Below are positions 18,255 to 28,199 of a stretch of DNA of 64,000 nt, in pieces (within the stretch, counting starts at the first letter, position 1; the number at the start of each line of letters is the position of its first letter). Position numbers and translations under genes: made by a program. The DNA lies in assembly GCA_023139045.1 (NCBI GenBank), contig JAGLOJ010000044.1, forward strand, positions 23,274-87,273. The letters run 5' to 3'. A model generated the notes under the pieces. The model was not told the DNA's origin and did no database searches. It was given only the letters and a program-made list of their open reading frames with translations. Source of the DNA: Candidatus Sabulitectum sp. (GTDB lineage: Bacteria; Fermentibacterota; Fermentibacteria; Fermentibacterales; JCC-6).

Positions 18255-20165
18255 ATGTGGAGGTTCAACATGAATTTCAGGAAGGGATTCTCCCCCTTTG
18301 TCATTTTTCTGCTTATTCTGCTGGTATTCACCGCAGGTATTGCCCTTGCAAGAGCAGGGGGCGGTCAGAGCTACGGAGGAAGCAGTTCAAGATCATCCAA
18401 CGGAGGTGGTGATGGACTTGGAATCCTGATCTATTTCCTTCTCCGCCTTTGCATTGAACAGCCAGCTATCGGAATCCCACTTGTGATAGTAATTATAGTG
18501 GTCTCTATCGGCGTTAAAAAGAAGAGGCTCAAAAAGCAGTACAGTACTATTCAGAGGGCAGGCAACAGGAATCTTAATCAGTCACAAGACTCAGTCGCAA
18601 CTCAGACTGCTCTTGCAAACATCAAACAGAGAGACCCTCAGTTTACAGCAGCAGCTCTGATCAAGAAAGCCGACGCTGCTTTTCTGGAGATACAGAAGGC
18701 CTGGTCTGACCAGAACCTTTCAAAGGTGAGAAGATTCATCAGCGACGGAGTAAATGAGAGATTCTCTCTGCAGATCGACATGCAGAAAAAGCAGGGTATC
18801 AGAAACGAAATGGAAGATGTCCAGATTCTGGGTACAGAGATAACCTCGATTGAAAGTGATTCGCACTTCGATTCAATACATCTGAAGATCACAGCCAGGG
18901 CCAAAGACACCGATGTAGATATTGTAACAGGCCGAAAGATCAGAGATAACTTCTCCGGCACTTTTGTGGAATACTGGAGTTTCCTAAGAAAACCAGGCGT
19001 TCAGACTCTTGCCGGTAAGGGTCTTGTTGAAGGCGTCTGCCCCAACTGCGGAGCACATCTTGAACTTTCTGATTCCGGCAAATGCCTGTACTGTGATGCT
19101 GTTATTACCAGTGGAGAGTATGACTGGGTGCTCAGCGAGATAACACAGTCCATCGAATGGAGTACTGCAGCAAATCCCTCGGCAGTTCCAGGATACACTC
19201 AAATGTTGGAGATTGATCCCGGCTTCAACCTTCAGACTATTGAAGATACGGCTTCCGTTATCTTCTGGAGATACATCAAGAGTTACTTTGACAACAGCGC
19301 TGACCCGGTAAGAAAAATGGCCACTGAAGGCTATTCGGATTCCCTCGCAAAAAGCCTGGGAAATGTCCGGGATGACAAGTCCCACCTTTTCTTCGCTGAC
19401 GCGGCTGTTGGTGCCGTTGAAGTCCAGACCATTGCTCAAAGCGCAGATTTCGACCGGATTCAGGTGCTGGTCAAGTGGTCTGCGGCAAACCGGTGGATCG
19501 ACCATACCGGTAAAGCGAAGGGCGGCGGGCCCAAAACCATAAGACCTCAGATTTTCACGCTACTCAGGAAACATGGAGTAGCCACCCTTGCAGCCACTCA
19601 ACTTAACAGTGCTCACTGCCCCGGGTGCGGAGCCCCTTATACCGGAGGTGACAGCGGGTCCTGCGAATACTGCGGCAGACCCCTGAATGACGGCAGCGGA
19701 GCATGGGTTCTCGAATCGATTGGGCCATTCAGCTCTGCACGAATCAACTCCGCAGGAGTGTCTCCAGTAGCAGGCACTTCAAATGTCTCTCCCGACATTC
19801 TTCTCATGGCCATGGCAAGCACAATGTATGCAGATGGAGTACTGGACGACAAGGAAATGGATATGCTCAGCTCCTTTGCAAGTCACAGAGGCATTTCGTC
19901 AGAACATCTTTCCGCAATTATTGCTTCGATCACTCAGCCGGACGCACAACTACCCCGACCGGCCAACACAGCCGAGGCAATGGAAGTTCTCAAGGCAATG
20001 GTGAGAATGTCTCTCGCTGATGGCAGAATCGACGATTCTGAAAAAGCACTTCTGCAAAACTATGCAGCTAGTGCCGGTCTGTCTAAATATGAGGTTTCCT
20101 CCACCATAGCCAAACAGAGAAGATATCTGTACAGGGAGGCAAAGAAAGCCACTAAGGCAAAATGA
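18255..20165 (+). CDS. Multi-domain membrane protein: an N-terminal TM and Gly/Ser-rich linker, a Tim44-like domain, two CxxC...CxxC zinc ribbons, and a C-terminal TerB/DjlA-N-like domain
   Basis: The TM-GS-TM N-terminus followed by the ANIKQRDPQF...WSDQNLSKVR segment is typical of bacterial Tim44-like proteins. There are two ribbons: CPNCG...CLYCD and CPGCG...CEYCG. The C-terminal ADGVLDDKEM...LADGRIDDSEKALL resembles the TerB repeat. Confidence 0.5.
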   Translation: MWRFNMNFRKGFSPFVIFLLILLVFTAGIALARAGGGQSYGGSSSRSSNGGGDGLGILIYFLLRLCIEQPAIGIPLVIVIIVVSIGVKKKRLKKQYSTIQRAGNRNLNQSQDSVATQTALANIKQRDPQFTAAALIKKADAAFLEIQKAWSDQNLSKVRRFISDGVNERFSLQIDMQKKQGIRNEMEDVQILGTEITSIESDSHFDSIHLKITARAKDTDVDIVTGRKIRDNFSGTFVEYWSFLRKPGVQTLAGKGLVEGVCPNCGAHLELSDSGKCLYCDAVITSGEYDWVLSEITQSIEWSTAANPSAVPGYTQMLEIDPGFNLQTIEDTASVIFWRYIKSYFDNSADPVRKMATEGYSDSLAKSLGNVRDDKSHLFFADAAVGAVEVQTIAQSADFDRIQVLVKWSAANRWIDHTGKAKGGGPKTIRPQIFTLLRKHGVATLAATQLNSAHCPGCGAPYTGGDSGSCEYCGRPLNDGSGAWVLESIGPFSSARINSAGVSPVAGTSNVSPDILLMAMASTMYADGVLDDKEMDMLSSFASHRGISSEHLSAIIASITQPDAQLPRPANTAEAMEVLKAMVRMSLADGRIDDSEKALLQNYAASAGLSKYEVSSTIAKQRRYLYREAKKATKAK

Positions 20166-20683
20166 AGCTGATAACCGACAAAGCACACTACAGCAGCATT
20201 GTTGAAGATGGTATGCTCAGGGCACAAAGCAGAATATGGATCGCGACAGCCAATGTAAAAGATCTGCACATTCCAGGGGGAAGGCATCGCAGTCTTCCCC
20301 TGCTTAATCACTTCGAAAAACTGCAGAGAAAAGGTGTGAATATCCGGATTCTTCACGGAGCAAAACCATCTTCTCCCTTTTTAAACACTCTTGCAGAACT
20401 AACAGAACTTCACCAGGGCGACGGATTTGAAATGCAGCTCTGCCCCAGAGTCCACTCCAAGATTGTCATTGTAGACAACCGTATGGCCTATACGGGCAGC
20501 GCGAATCTCACTGGTGCTGGAATCGGGGCAAAGTCAGATAAAAGAAGAAATTTTGAATGTGGAGTAATCACGGAAAACCCCAGGGAAATACAGCAGCTTG
20601 AGGAATACTTTGACAGCATCTGGATTGGCTTATTCTGCAAAGCCTGCGGCAGAAGAGATATCTGTACCAGCCCTGTGATCTAG
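20162..20683 (+). CDS. Phospholipase D (HKD) family nuclease, Nuc-like
   Basis: The HKD motif HSKIVIVDNRMAYTGSANLT fits HxK(x4)D(x6)GSxN. Size of 173 aa is like Nuc. The start overlaps the preceding stop as ATGA. Confidence 0.8.
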   Translation: MKLITDKAHYSSIVEDGMLRAQSRIWIATANVKDLHIPGGRHRSLPLLNHFEKLQRKGVNIRILHGAKPSSPFLNTLAELTELHQGDGFEMQLCPRVHSKIVIVDNRMAYTGSANLTGAGIGAKSDKRRNFECGVITENPREIQQLEEYFDSIWIGLFCKACGRRDICTSPVI

Positions 20684-20805
20684 CCTGTATTTCGGATTTA
20701 TCTATATTCTTAACATTTTGTTTGTGGCTCTGTTGTCTATCAGAGTAACAAGAAATAATTTGTGCTATTTTTAGCAATACTATGCATTTTTCTTTAAGAT
20801 TTCCG

Positions 20806-21408
20806 CTATTCCAAAACCATAAGCATTCTCTCGATTAACCTGTACACAGTCGTTGTACCTATTTTTCGAGGCCAATCTGCGCATTGAGGTTTGTCTCTGC
20901 TCTTCGCCCTAAGTATTGCCTTTTCGATCATCTCACTGGAAAACTGATTTTTTCTAATTTTTTTATTGTATTCGGGTAAGCGCTTCTTTAAACGATTAGA
21001 GCAGTTGTTGGAGCTGGAAATCCTTTTCCCGTCCTCGAAATGCAGAAGGAGCCAGAGTTCGAATTTGAGATTGCTTAATGCAAACCCATAATTCTCTTTT
21101 TCAAGAGACCATTCATAAAGTTCAGCCAAATGTTCATCGCTCCAGTTGTCTTTATCCACAACCAGCCAAGCTTCATCGGATTTCCGTAACGCCTCCCGAA
21201 CAAGATGGTCCCTCATTTTCTTAAGCACCTGTTTGGGAGAGCTGTGTTTACTCCTTAGGCATTTGATACAAAGAGCCGAAGTTTCTCTATCAAACAAGCC
21301 AAAATATTGAGGTTCCGTTACAGCTCCCTCAACAGCAATCACGAATAGTTTTCTGTATCTTCTTTCTCCTAAAGCGCGTCTAAACTTTCTTCTCTTCAAA
21401 GCGATCAA
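20806..21408 (-). CDS. RloB-like (Toprim/OLD-family) protein, the AbiLii-like partner
   Basis: The N-terminal motif [14 protein letters not shown] matches the RloB CEGEKTEPNYF signature. Size is 200 aa. It overlaps the upstream AAA_21 ATPase gene. Confidence 0.65.
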   Translation of the reverse strand: MIALKRRKFRRALGERRYRKLFVIAVEGAVTEPQYFGLFDRETSALCIKCLRSKHSSPKQVLKKMRDHLVREALRKSDEAWLVVDKDNWSDEHLAELYEWSLEKENYGFALSNLKFELWLLLHFEDGKRISSSNNCSNRLKKRLPEYNKKIRKNQFSSEMIEKAILRAKSRDKPQCADWPRKIGTTTVYRLIERMLMVLE

Positions 21409-22733
21409 CCGTTCTTCACACTTTTTAAAGAAACGAATTGATTCGTCGATAGATGGGGAACTCCTCTCATTCTACCCTGAAGATAGCTCTTTCGAATGTC
21501 TTTATCATAGCGAACATCTTTATATTCACCAAAGGATATTAGACTGGAAACGCCAGATGGATCTCTCTCTGTAACCCACATCTCATCCCGCCGAAACAGT
21601 TGTTGATCCATTAGAAGCAAATCATGGGTAGTCACCACCAACTGCATTCTGCTCTCCTGGTTACAATTTGCCAGGTATACCTCAAGTAGTCTCGTTGTTA
21701 ACTGGGAGTGGAGACTGCGATCCAACTCGTCTATCAAATAAATCCTTTCTGAACTTTGTGATGCAAGATCCAGAAATGCAGGGAGCAGATCAATCAAACG
21801 CTGCGATCCGTCAGATTCCTGATATATCTCAAACCTGACTTCAGTGCCGTCAGACTTACGGTGGTAAGCAACCAATCTTTTTGCAATCAGATTGCCATTC
21901 TTACGCTGAACTATATAGCGCTCATTCATTGAGGAGACTATCCTTACTGCAATTCCCTCCTGAAGATCTTTTTGAAGATTTACTTTCATGCTTTCTGGAA
22001 AAGGAAGGCTTTCAAAAGAGACATCTTCCCCTGCCAGACGAATAATTCCAGTATCAAGCTCTGGGAGTAGATTATTCATGATTGCATAGAGTGGATTACT
22101 TTCATCCAGGAATTGTTCAAACGGTTCAAATCTCGAATCCGGTGCAATTAGTACAAGATTCTTTTTAAACCAGTCATAAATTGGCCGGAAAGTATCAACA
22201 TTCTGAGATACGGAGTTTGTCAGAAACAACTGATTCTCACGTGTTCCCTCGTTGACAAAAAAGAGAGTACGATCATCTGCCATTGAATTACTAAACTTCA
22301 TAGAATCAACTGTACGGTTAAAGAGCACACTTTCGCTAGTACTATTTATTTTTGTAAGTTTCTCCTCAAGAACTTTCTTTCTTGTTACGGTGAAACAGTA
22401 TTCATAAACAGTGTCGTTTATGAGAAGTTCAAACTCAAAACGGGAGGGACGCTCACTGGTAAATGAATCCAATCTGAAGGTCTCAACTGGAATCAGACTA
22501 TCAGGCTGAATTCCCCTGACAATCAGATCTTTTGCAAAATTGATCGCCTTAAAAAAACAAGTCTTTCCAGAAGCGTTACCACCATAAATTGCAGCAACGG
22601 GAAGAATCCTTATGGGGTACTTGTTTACCCTTGAAACACGCTCTCCATGCTGACGCTCTCTGCTGGCAATCATAGAAAAAGAAACACGATCACGGAATGA
22701 CATCCAGTTCTCAACAGAAAATGAAATTAACAT
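21405..22733 (-). CDS. AAA_21-family ATPase, the AbiLi/RloA-like partner
   Basis: Walker A motif [16 protein letters not shown]. The C-terminus has [11 protein letters not shown]...[12 protein letters not shown]...VVTTHD, which are the Walker B and D-loop of SMC-like AAA_21 ATPases. It is paired 5' of the RloB gene. Confidence 0.75.
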   Translation of the reverse strand: MLISFSVENWMSFRDRVSFSMIASRERQHGERVSRVNKYPIRILPVAAIYGGNASGKTCFFKAINFAKDLIVRGIQPDSLIPVETFRLDSFTSERPSRFEFELLINDTVYEYCFTVTRKKVLEEKLTKINSTSESVLFNRTVDSMKFSNSMADDRTLFFVNEGTRENQLFLTNSVSQNVDTFRPIYDWFKKNLVLIAPDSRFEPFEQFLDESNPLYAIMNNLLPELDTGIIRLAGEDVSFESLPFPESMKVNLQKDLQEGIAVRIVSSMNERYIVQRKNGNLIAKRLVAYHRKSDGTEVRFEIYQESDGSQRLIDLLPAFLDLASQSSERIYLIDELDRSLHSQLTTRLLEVYLANCNQESRMQLVVTTHDLLLMDQQLFRRDEMWVTERDPSGVSSLISFGEYKDVRYDKDIRKSYLQGRMRGVPHLSTNQFVSLKSVKNG

Positions 22734-22890
22734 ATCAAGCTCTCCTAATGTGATTTTTTCTCATATTGCATTTGTATTATCGCATTATTGCAAAGTCGAG
22801 TCAATCCCCATGTGATTTTTTCTCTTTGCGCCATAGGGAGCCACTGTTGTGACTTCCTAAAAAGAAGAGAATTTACCCGACCCTGGCTGC

Positions 22891-23325
22891 TTAGTAGATC
22901 TGGCCCATGATGATTCCGTAAGCTTCCCCGACACCATCGAAGTGATATCTGATTTCCATTCTCCCGCTCTGTTTTGGATTGAACACCGAAGGATCAAACG
23001 CCATTATCAGAACCTTACCATTCACACAGGAGAATTTCACACTTCCGGCTTCTTTTGGATCAAAGGGGAGATGGATGATTCTCTTCCTGAATGCGTAACC
23101 CACAAGTCGCTTGTTTGATACGGCAAGGGAACCCCACAGACTCTCCCGCTTGCTGCGAATACTCCTGCCAGGTGCTTCCAGCCGGTGATACACAACAGTA
23201 ACACGAACCCTTTCAGCCGCGAAAAGAAGACCTTCATTTTCCATGAATGCACGGGTTTTAAAAGGGAGATCAAACGGTTTGAAGAAACCTGCCAGTTTCT
23301 GCTTCAGTGTACTCATTTGTGACAT
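22891..23325 (-). CDS. Hypothetical protein
   Basis: 144-aa ORF in the same AT-richer patch. No family recognised. Confidence 0.4.
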   Translation of the reverse strand: MSQMSTLKQKLAGFFKPFDLPFKTRAFMENEGLLFAAERVRVTVVYHRLEAPGRSIRSKRESLWGSLAVSNKRLVGYAFRKRIIHLPFDPKEAGSVKFSCVNGKVLIMAFDPSVFNPKQSGRMEIRYHFDGVGEAYGIIMGQIY

Positions 23326-23372
23326 CCTAACATATCTTGTGCTTTCTCTGAACCGGAAAGACGGAACTGAGG

Positions 23373-23891
23373 TCAGTCCGGGGAAATCATTTTCCAGTTT
23401 CCGGCTTTGAGATACCTGCCAAGAAGCACTGATGAAATCACAACAAGTGGAATGGATACAAGCAACCGAACCAGTGTGAACTTTACCCCCATAAAAGATG
23501 CCTCAAAGATTATCATCGGTATTCGGCAAACAGCTGCAAATCCCACATAAGCCAGAACAACCTGTAATCTCGCTCCTTTCTCATGAAGAGCCCAGGCTAC
23601 GGGAAACGCCACATAAAGACCGCCCACCGTGGTTCCGGCCAACAGCAGCACCCAGAGAAAACTCATAATTGAGGAATTTTCGCCAAGATGTTTCTCCACC
23701 CTCTCCCGGCTGACCCAGACCTGAAACAACCCGATAAGAATAAAGGCGCCTGGCAGAATCTTCAGCATGGAAAGAGTAAAAGAGAGAAAGTTAGTGCCAA
23801 TGTCTTTTCCCGGTTGATACCCGAATGCAAGTGAAAAGATGATAAACGCTGTATAAGCGGTGATAAGTATTACTGGAAATTTTGTCTTCAT
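23373..23891 (-). CDS. Predicted permease, second subunit of a split two-gene permease (DUF318-like)
   Basis: Start chosen at MKTKFPVIL, which forms an ATGA overlap with the upstream half. The protein is a multi-TM protein. Confidence 0.5.
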   Translation of the reverse strand: MKTKFPVILITAYTAFIIFSLAFGYQPGKDIGTNFLSFTLSMLKILPGAFILIGLFQVWVSRERVEKHLGENSSIMSFLWVLLLAGTTVGGLYVAFPVAWALHEKGARLQVVLAYVGFAAVCRIPMIIFEASFMGVKFTLVRLLVSIPLVVISSVLLGRYLKAGNWKMISPD

Positions 23892-24370
23892 TGCATTACC
23901 TCTGCAAACACCAGTCCTGTAGCAAAAGCGACAATTACAGCAATGATAAGACCAATGCCATTTCGAATCAGGGCGGTTTTCATACCAAAATATGCCTTCT
24001 CTACTGGAAGAGTAACCAGTCCCACCATCATCAGGGTGGTTGTAAATCCGGAAAGAACCATGTATGGAACTCCCTGCTCCCTGAGAATTCCGCACAGTGG
24101 AAACACAATGAAGCCGGGCATAAGGGCAATTGAACCCACCAGCATGGCAATTCCCATCCCTTTCAAGAGATCTTCCTCACCGAGGTATTCCCTTATCAGC
24201 TCCTGAGGGAGCAGGTAAAGGGAAACAGAAACCAGAACAAGCATCACAATAAACATCGGCAGGATGTTGCTGAATTTCCTCCAGGCGATCTTCAGCGCCC
24301 TGATCGTCTTTTTCCTGTCAGCAAAGAAAGATGTCAGCAGAAGAATCACGGTGACGCTATAAAAAAACAT
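23888..24370 (-). CDS. Predicted permease, first subunit (DUF318 / YraQ-like)
   Basis: 160-aa protein with four TM helices and a short GxxxG-rich stretch. It is translationally coupled to the next ORF. Confidence 0.5.
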   Translation of the reverse strand: MFFYSVTVILLLTSFFADRKKTIRALKIAWRKFSNILPMFIVMLVLVSVSLYLLPQELIREYLGEEDLLKGMGIAMLVGSIALMPGFIVFPLCGILREQGVPYMVLSGFTTTLMMVGLVTLPVEKAYFGMKTALIRNGIGLIIAVIVAFATGLVFAEVMQ

Positions 24371-24373
24371 TGG

Positions 24374-25390
24374 TTATCTCCTCGTGCTGTCGCCCGGGAC
24401 GCCCTTGGGTAGTAATCCCCAAGTTGCTTTCCGTGCCTTTATGCAGAAAAAAGAACTTGCGCCCCATGAGCGATACCAGGTTCCATTTTCAAGATTGTCT
24501 CTGCACATCTTCCTGTATTCTTCGTTTATTTGATCAGCTTTTTTCATACTCCTGTAGTAAGAGGACAATGAACCTCCACCGGCAAGAAAGTATTCTTTGA
24601 ACTCCCGTTTGTGCCTTCTTTGATCATCTTCATTCTCTTCAATATACTTTTTTGCTGTCTCCATGCGATATTTCTGCACCGGAGTTTCATACGGAGGCTG
24701 CACGAAATTGCATATATCGTTGCACCGTGAATCTATCTCAACCAGTCCAAGATCATACATCATCATAGGGAGCTTTACAGCAATGGAGAAATCTCCATGA
24801 CCAAGTTTCTTTCTGCCCCGGACCCAGGTCATCATAGTGCGATGGCGCTGAAGGATGTAATCGTCAGCAACATCGTTTTCTGAGAAGTCAACAACCATCA
24901 TGGATGCTGAAAGATTGTCCGGCTCATTGCACATGATCAATCCTCCCGGCTTTGTCACTCTGACCATCTCAGCAAGAGCCCTCTCCGGGAATTCAAGATG
25001 CATCAAAAGGGTCTGACACATAGTCCAGTCGGCATAGTTGTCTGGAAACGGGAGGGCATATGCATCTCCCTGTTGAAAGGACACCTTACCGCCTTGAGCC
25101 CATTCCTCTGCCATGACACAAGCTTCTTCAATCAAATCCGAGGATTTATCAACTCCGCAGTATTTGCCACCTTCACTAAAATATTTCCAATAGGTCCAGC
25201 CAAGGTAACCAAGACCGCATCCAGCATCAACAACGGTCATCCCCTGCTTCAACCCCATCCAACGGGAGTACATTTCAATTGTGTCATCACGCCACATGTG
25301 CTTCCTTTGCTCAACTATCATCCTTTTCAGATAATCCTCTGACCAGTCCTTGTTCTGCATAAAACCTCCGCGTTGCAGTCCTGTGCCCAT
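24374..25390 (-). CDS. Class I SAM-dependent methyltransferase
   Basis: Motif I VVDAGCGLGYLG and an acidic residue after beta-2. Confidence 0.75.
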   Translation of the reverse strand: MGTGLQRGGFMQNKDWSEDYLKRMIVEQRKHMWRDDTIEMYSRWMGLKQGMTVVDAGCGLGYLGWTYWKYFSEGGKYCGVDKSSDLIEEACVMAEEWAQGGKVSFQQGDAYALPFPDNYADWTMCQTLLMHLEFPERALAEMVRVTKPGGLIMCNEPDNLSASMMVVDFSENDVADDYILQRHRTMMTWVRGRKKLGHGDFSIAVKLPMMMYDLGLVEIDSRCNDICNFVQPPYETPVQKYRMETAKKYIEENEDDQRRHKREFKEYFLAGGGSLSSYYRSMKKADQINEEYRKMCRDNLENGTWYRSWGASSFFCIKARKATWGLLPKGVPGDSTRR

Positions 25391-25486
25391 CTATAATACT
25401 TTAACGCTGTTGTGTGCACTTGACTGGAACAAGCTATTGGGCTATGAACAGCAGAATGGTTCTTAACCCCTAAGGAAAGGAAGAGA

Positions 25487-26152
25487 ATGAAATATCTTTT
25501 AATTGCAATGACGCTTCTTCTGGTGTCAGTCGCAACAGCGGATTGGCCCTGGCTCGAGAATTTTGATGCATACTCCGCTGGAACCGGCATCATTGGCCAG
25601 GGTAACTGGGAAGGCTGGGGTGGCAGTTCTGCCCCCGACGCTTACATATCTGATGCACAGGCACTGAGTGCCCCTCACTCCCTTGATGTTGAACCTACCT
25701 CTGATGTTGTTCAAGAATTTAACATCACCGAAGGACAGTGGGTTATCACAGCCTGGCACTACATTCCATCAGGCTCCACAGGCAAGCAGTTCTTCATTCT
25801 GCTTACTCTCTACGATGGTACTAATAGCAAATGGGCTCTTCAGCTCAAATTCGATTCAGATCTGGGTCAACTGAAGGTCACTGAGGGAACAGTTACCACC
25901 GCCATTATCTATGACCAGTGGACTGAAGTTAAAGTTGAAATCGACCTTGGTACAAGCATGCAGACCATCTCTTACAACGGCACCGAATTAGAAACCATCG
26001 CATGGGGAACCGGCACTTACATAGAGTTTGATGCTCTGGATCTGTTCAGTGACGGCGGAAGCTCGATCTACTGGGACGATATCAGCCTCGTAGAGATAGA
26101 AGAGGCCCTTGCACCCAGCACATGGGCAGCCATCAAGACTTCACTCAAGTAA
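25487..26152 (+). CDS. Secreted hypothetical protein, possibly a lectin/LamG-like beta-sandwich
   Basis: Signal peptide MKYLLIAMTLLLVSVATA, a beta-rich composition, and a terminator directly downstream. Confidence 0.5.
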   Translation: MKYLLIAMTLLLVSVATADWPWLENFDAYSAGTGIIGQGNWEGWGGSSAPDAYISDAQALSAPHSLDVEPTSDVVQEFNITEGQWVITAWHYIPSGSTGKQFFILLTLYDGTNSKWALQLKFDSDLGQLKVTEGTVTTAIIYDQWTEVKVEIDLGTSMQTISYNGTELETIAWGTGTYIEFDALDLFSDGGSSIYWDDISLVEIEEALAPSTWAAIKTSLK

Positions 26153-26168
26153 AATCGAATTATCTAAA

Positions 26169-26200
26169 GGGGGAGCTGGGGCCACCAGTTCCCCCTTTTT
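26169..26200 (+). terminator. Rho-independent terminator
   Basis: Stem GGGGGAGCTGG-loop-CCAGTTCCCCC followed by TTTTT, immediately after the stop at 26152. Confidence 0.7.
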
Positions 26201-26930
26201 CGTTGTGAGAATGGAAGCAAGGACAATCAGGATGAGAATCCTTCCGCCCCTTTAACAACCGGTAAAAAATACAAGCAGCCCCATATCATCTACCGCAACT
26301 GTGCCGGTCGTATTACAAGCCACGCCTGGCGCACTGATGAATCCGGTATTGAGGAAGTTTATTCAACCCGGAAAACAGTTGAAACCGGAAAACTGGTGGT
26401 TCTGTAATCAATCTGAGGTAATTTATAGAAAATGACGGGGCAGCGCCAGGAGAGTGTGGCTGACAATAGGCGCTGTGCAGTTACGACGCCGGATCGAGTC
26501 AGAATCCGTGCGGATTTGAAGAGATTAACAACGCTATTTGATGATAATGCGTGCCCCCCTGGCTTGTTACGATAGGGTTCTTTCAGTCATAAATTTCTAT
26601 GTCGCCGTTGACTGTTTCAATCTTCACAATTACATCAGTTGTCAGGTCGACAGTTATTTCGCCATTTACTCCAGAGAGATACAGATCGTTTTTCAGTTCA
26701 CTAACCGTGCGGGTGATATCACCGTTAACGATGCTCTCTTCTCTTACAACATCTTCACCAAAGGCGGAACCGAAAAAAAACAGACAGTCAACACAGCAAA
26801 CAGCAATTTCACAACAAGATATATAAGCAGTTTGCCAATATGTCATATCCACTTGATATTTTGTAACTGTCCTTTATGCTATTTGATTGATGTGCCGGTT
26901 TTCTCAGTCGCTCTGCTTCTTCTCTTCTTT

Positions 26931-28130
26931 CTAAACTTCCGTGTAAAGTAATACGTGGCACTCTTTCAGGAGTTTGATGATGTCAAGATGCTGAGGGCAG
27001 TGCTCGATGCATCTACCACACAATGTACACTTTGCAGCATTATTCTCTTCACCCAGAGATGCATAGTATGCTTTTGCTGTTGGGAGATCACTGTAGATTC
27101 TTGCAGTGTTGAAATAGTCAAACACAGAAGGGATTTCAACGCCCTGCGGGCAGGGCATACAATACCAGCAATCGGTACAAAGTATTGGTGCTTTTGATTC
27201 ATAAGCTTTCCGCGTATTGGCAATTGCTTTAAACTCGATACCTGTAAAGCTCCTGATTTTCGCATTTTCCACAGTATGCAGATTCTGCCTGAGTTGCTCC
27301 ATTGTATTCATTCCGCTGAGTACAACTGAGATATTGTCCTGGTTCCATAGCCATCTGAAGCTCCATTCCGCAGGGGATCTGCCGGGAACAGCATCCTCCA
27401 GGATCTGCTTGACATCCTCAGGTGGTTCTTTGGCAAGCTGCCCGCCTCTGAGGGGTTCCATCACCACTATGGCCAGGCCCTTGTCCGCGGCATAGTCGAT
27501 ACCCTGCAGTCCGGCTTCTCTGTCAGCGTCCATATAGTTGTGCTGCACCATGGCCAGGGCCCAGTTGTCGTAGTCATCGATTATCTGCTTGAACAGGGGA
27601 AATTTGTCATGGAAGGAAAATCCAAGATGCCCGATAACGCCATCGGTCATTTTCTTTTCTGCCCAGTCAAGAAAGTGGAATCTCTTCATTTTGTCCCACC
27701 AGTCCTGCTGCAACGCATGAAGCAGGTAAAAGTCAATGTGATCTATCTGCAGTCTTTCCATCTGAGCATCGAAAAATCGATCAAGATCCCCAGGTTTCTC
27801 GACCATCCAGGTTGGCATCTTTGTTGCTATCTTCACCTTTTTCCTGTAACCGTCAGCAAGAGCGTTCCCAAGAAATCCCTCACTGTTCTCCCTGTGATAG
27901 ATCCAGGCAGTATCAAGGTAGTTCACTCCGTTGTCTATTGCATGGCGAATGAGGGTTCTTGCTTCTTCAGTGCGAATCTTCCCGTAGTCTTTTCCCTCTG
28001 TGGGCAGGCGCATTGCACCAAATCCAAGGGCAGAAACCTCCCAGTCCAATTTGCCGAACTTACGATACTTCAATGCAACCCCCCCTGTAATGTCTTGACC
28101 AGTGAAATGACAATGCTGCATTCTCGGCAA
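26931..28130 (-). CDS. Aldo/keto reductase fused to a C-terminal 4Fe-4S ferredoxin-type domain
   Basis: The AKR N-terminus is KYRKFGKLDWEVSALGFG. Cys clusters CTDCWYCMPCPQG and CTLCGRCIEHCPQ lie at the C-terminus. Confidence 0.8.
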   Translation of the reverse strand: MPRMQHCHFTGQDITGGVALKYRKFGKLDWEVSALGFGAMRLPTEGKDYGKIRTEEARTLIRHAIDNGVNYLDTAWIYHRENSEGFLGNALADGYRKKVKIATKMPTWMVEKPGDLDRFFDAQMERLQIDHIDFYLLHALQQDWWDKMKRFHFLDWAEKKMTDGVIGHLGFSFHDKFPLFKQIIDDYDNWALAMVQHNYMDADREAGLQGIDYAADKGLAIVVMEPLRGGQLAKEPPEDVKQILEDAVPGRSPAEWSFRWLWNQDNISVVLSGMNTMEQLRQNLHTVENAKIRSFTGIEFKAIANTRKAYESKAPILCTDCWYCMPCPQGVEIPSVFDYFNTARIYSDLPTAKAYYASLGEENNAAKCTLCGRCIEHCPQHLDIIKLLKECHVLLYTEV

Positions 28131-28199
28131 AACTATCGCTCAGAGTGTTGACTCTCTCAATATATCTTCAGTGGCAAAAGAATTGCAAAAAACCAGTCT

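Noticed and set aside
18131-18331. 66-aa minus-strand ORF overlapping the start of the Tim44/TerB gene
   Set aside because: It overlaps two better-supported genes and has low-complexity composition.
26538-26951. Two ORFs of 137 aa (+) and 89 aa (-), at 26538..26951 and 26583..26852, containing VNGDI/VNGEI repeats
   Set aside because: The region is AT-rich and low-complexity, and the ORFs overlap each other. The repeated VNGDI pattern might be a remnant of a putative adhesin, but I cannot support a gene call. The 430-bp gap at 26200-26580 also showed no recognisable ncRNA structure.
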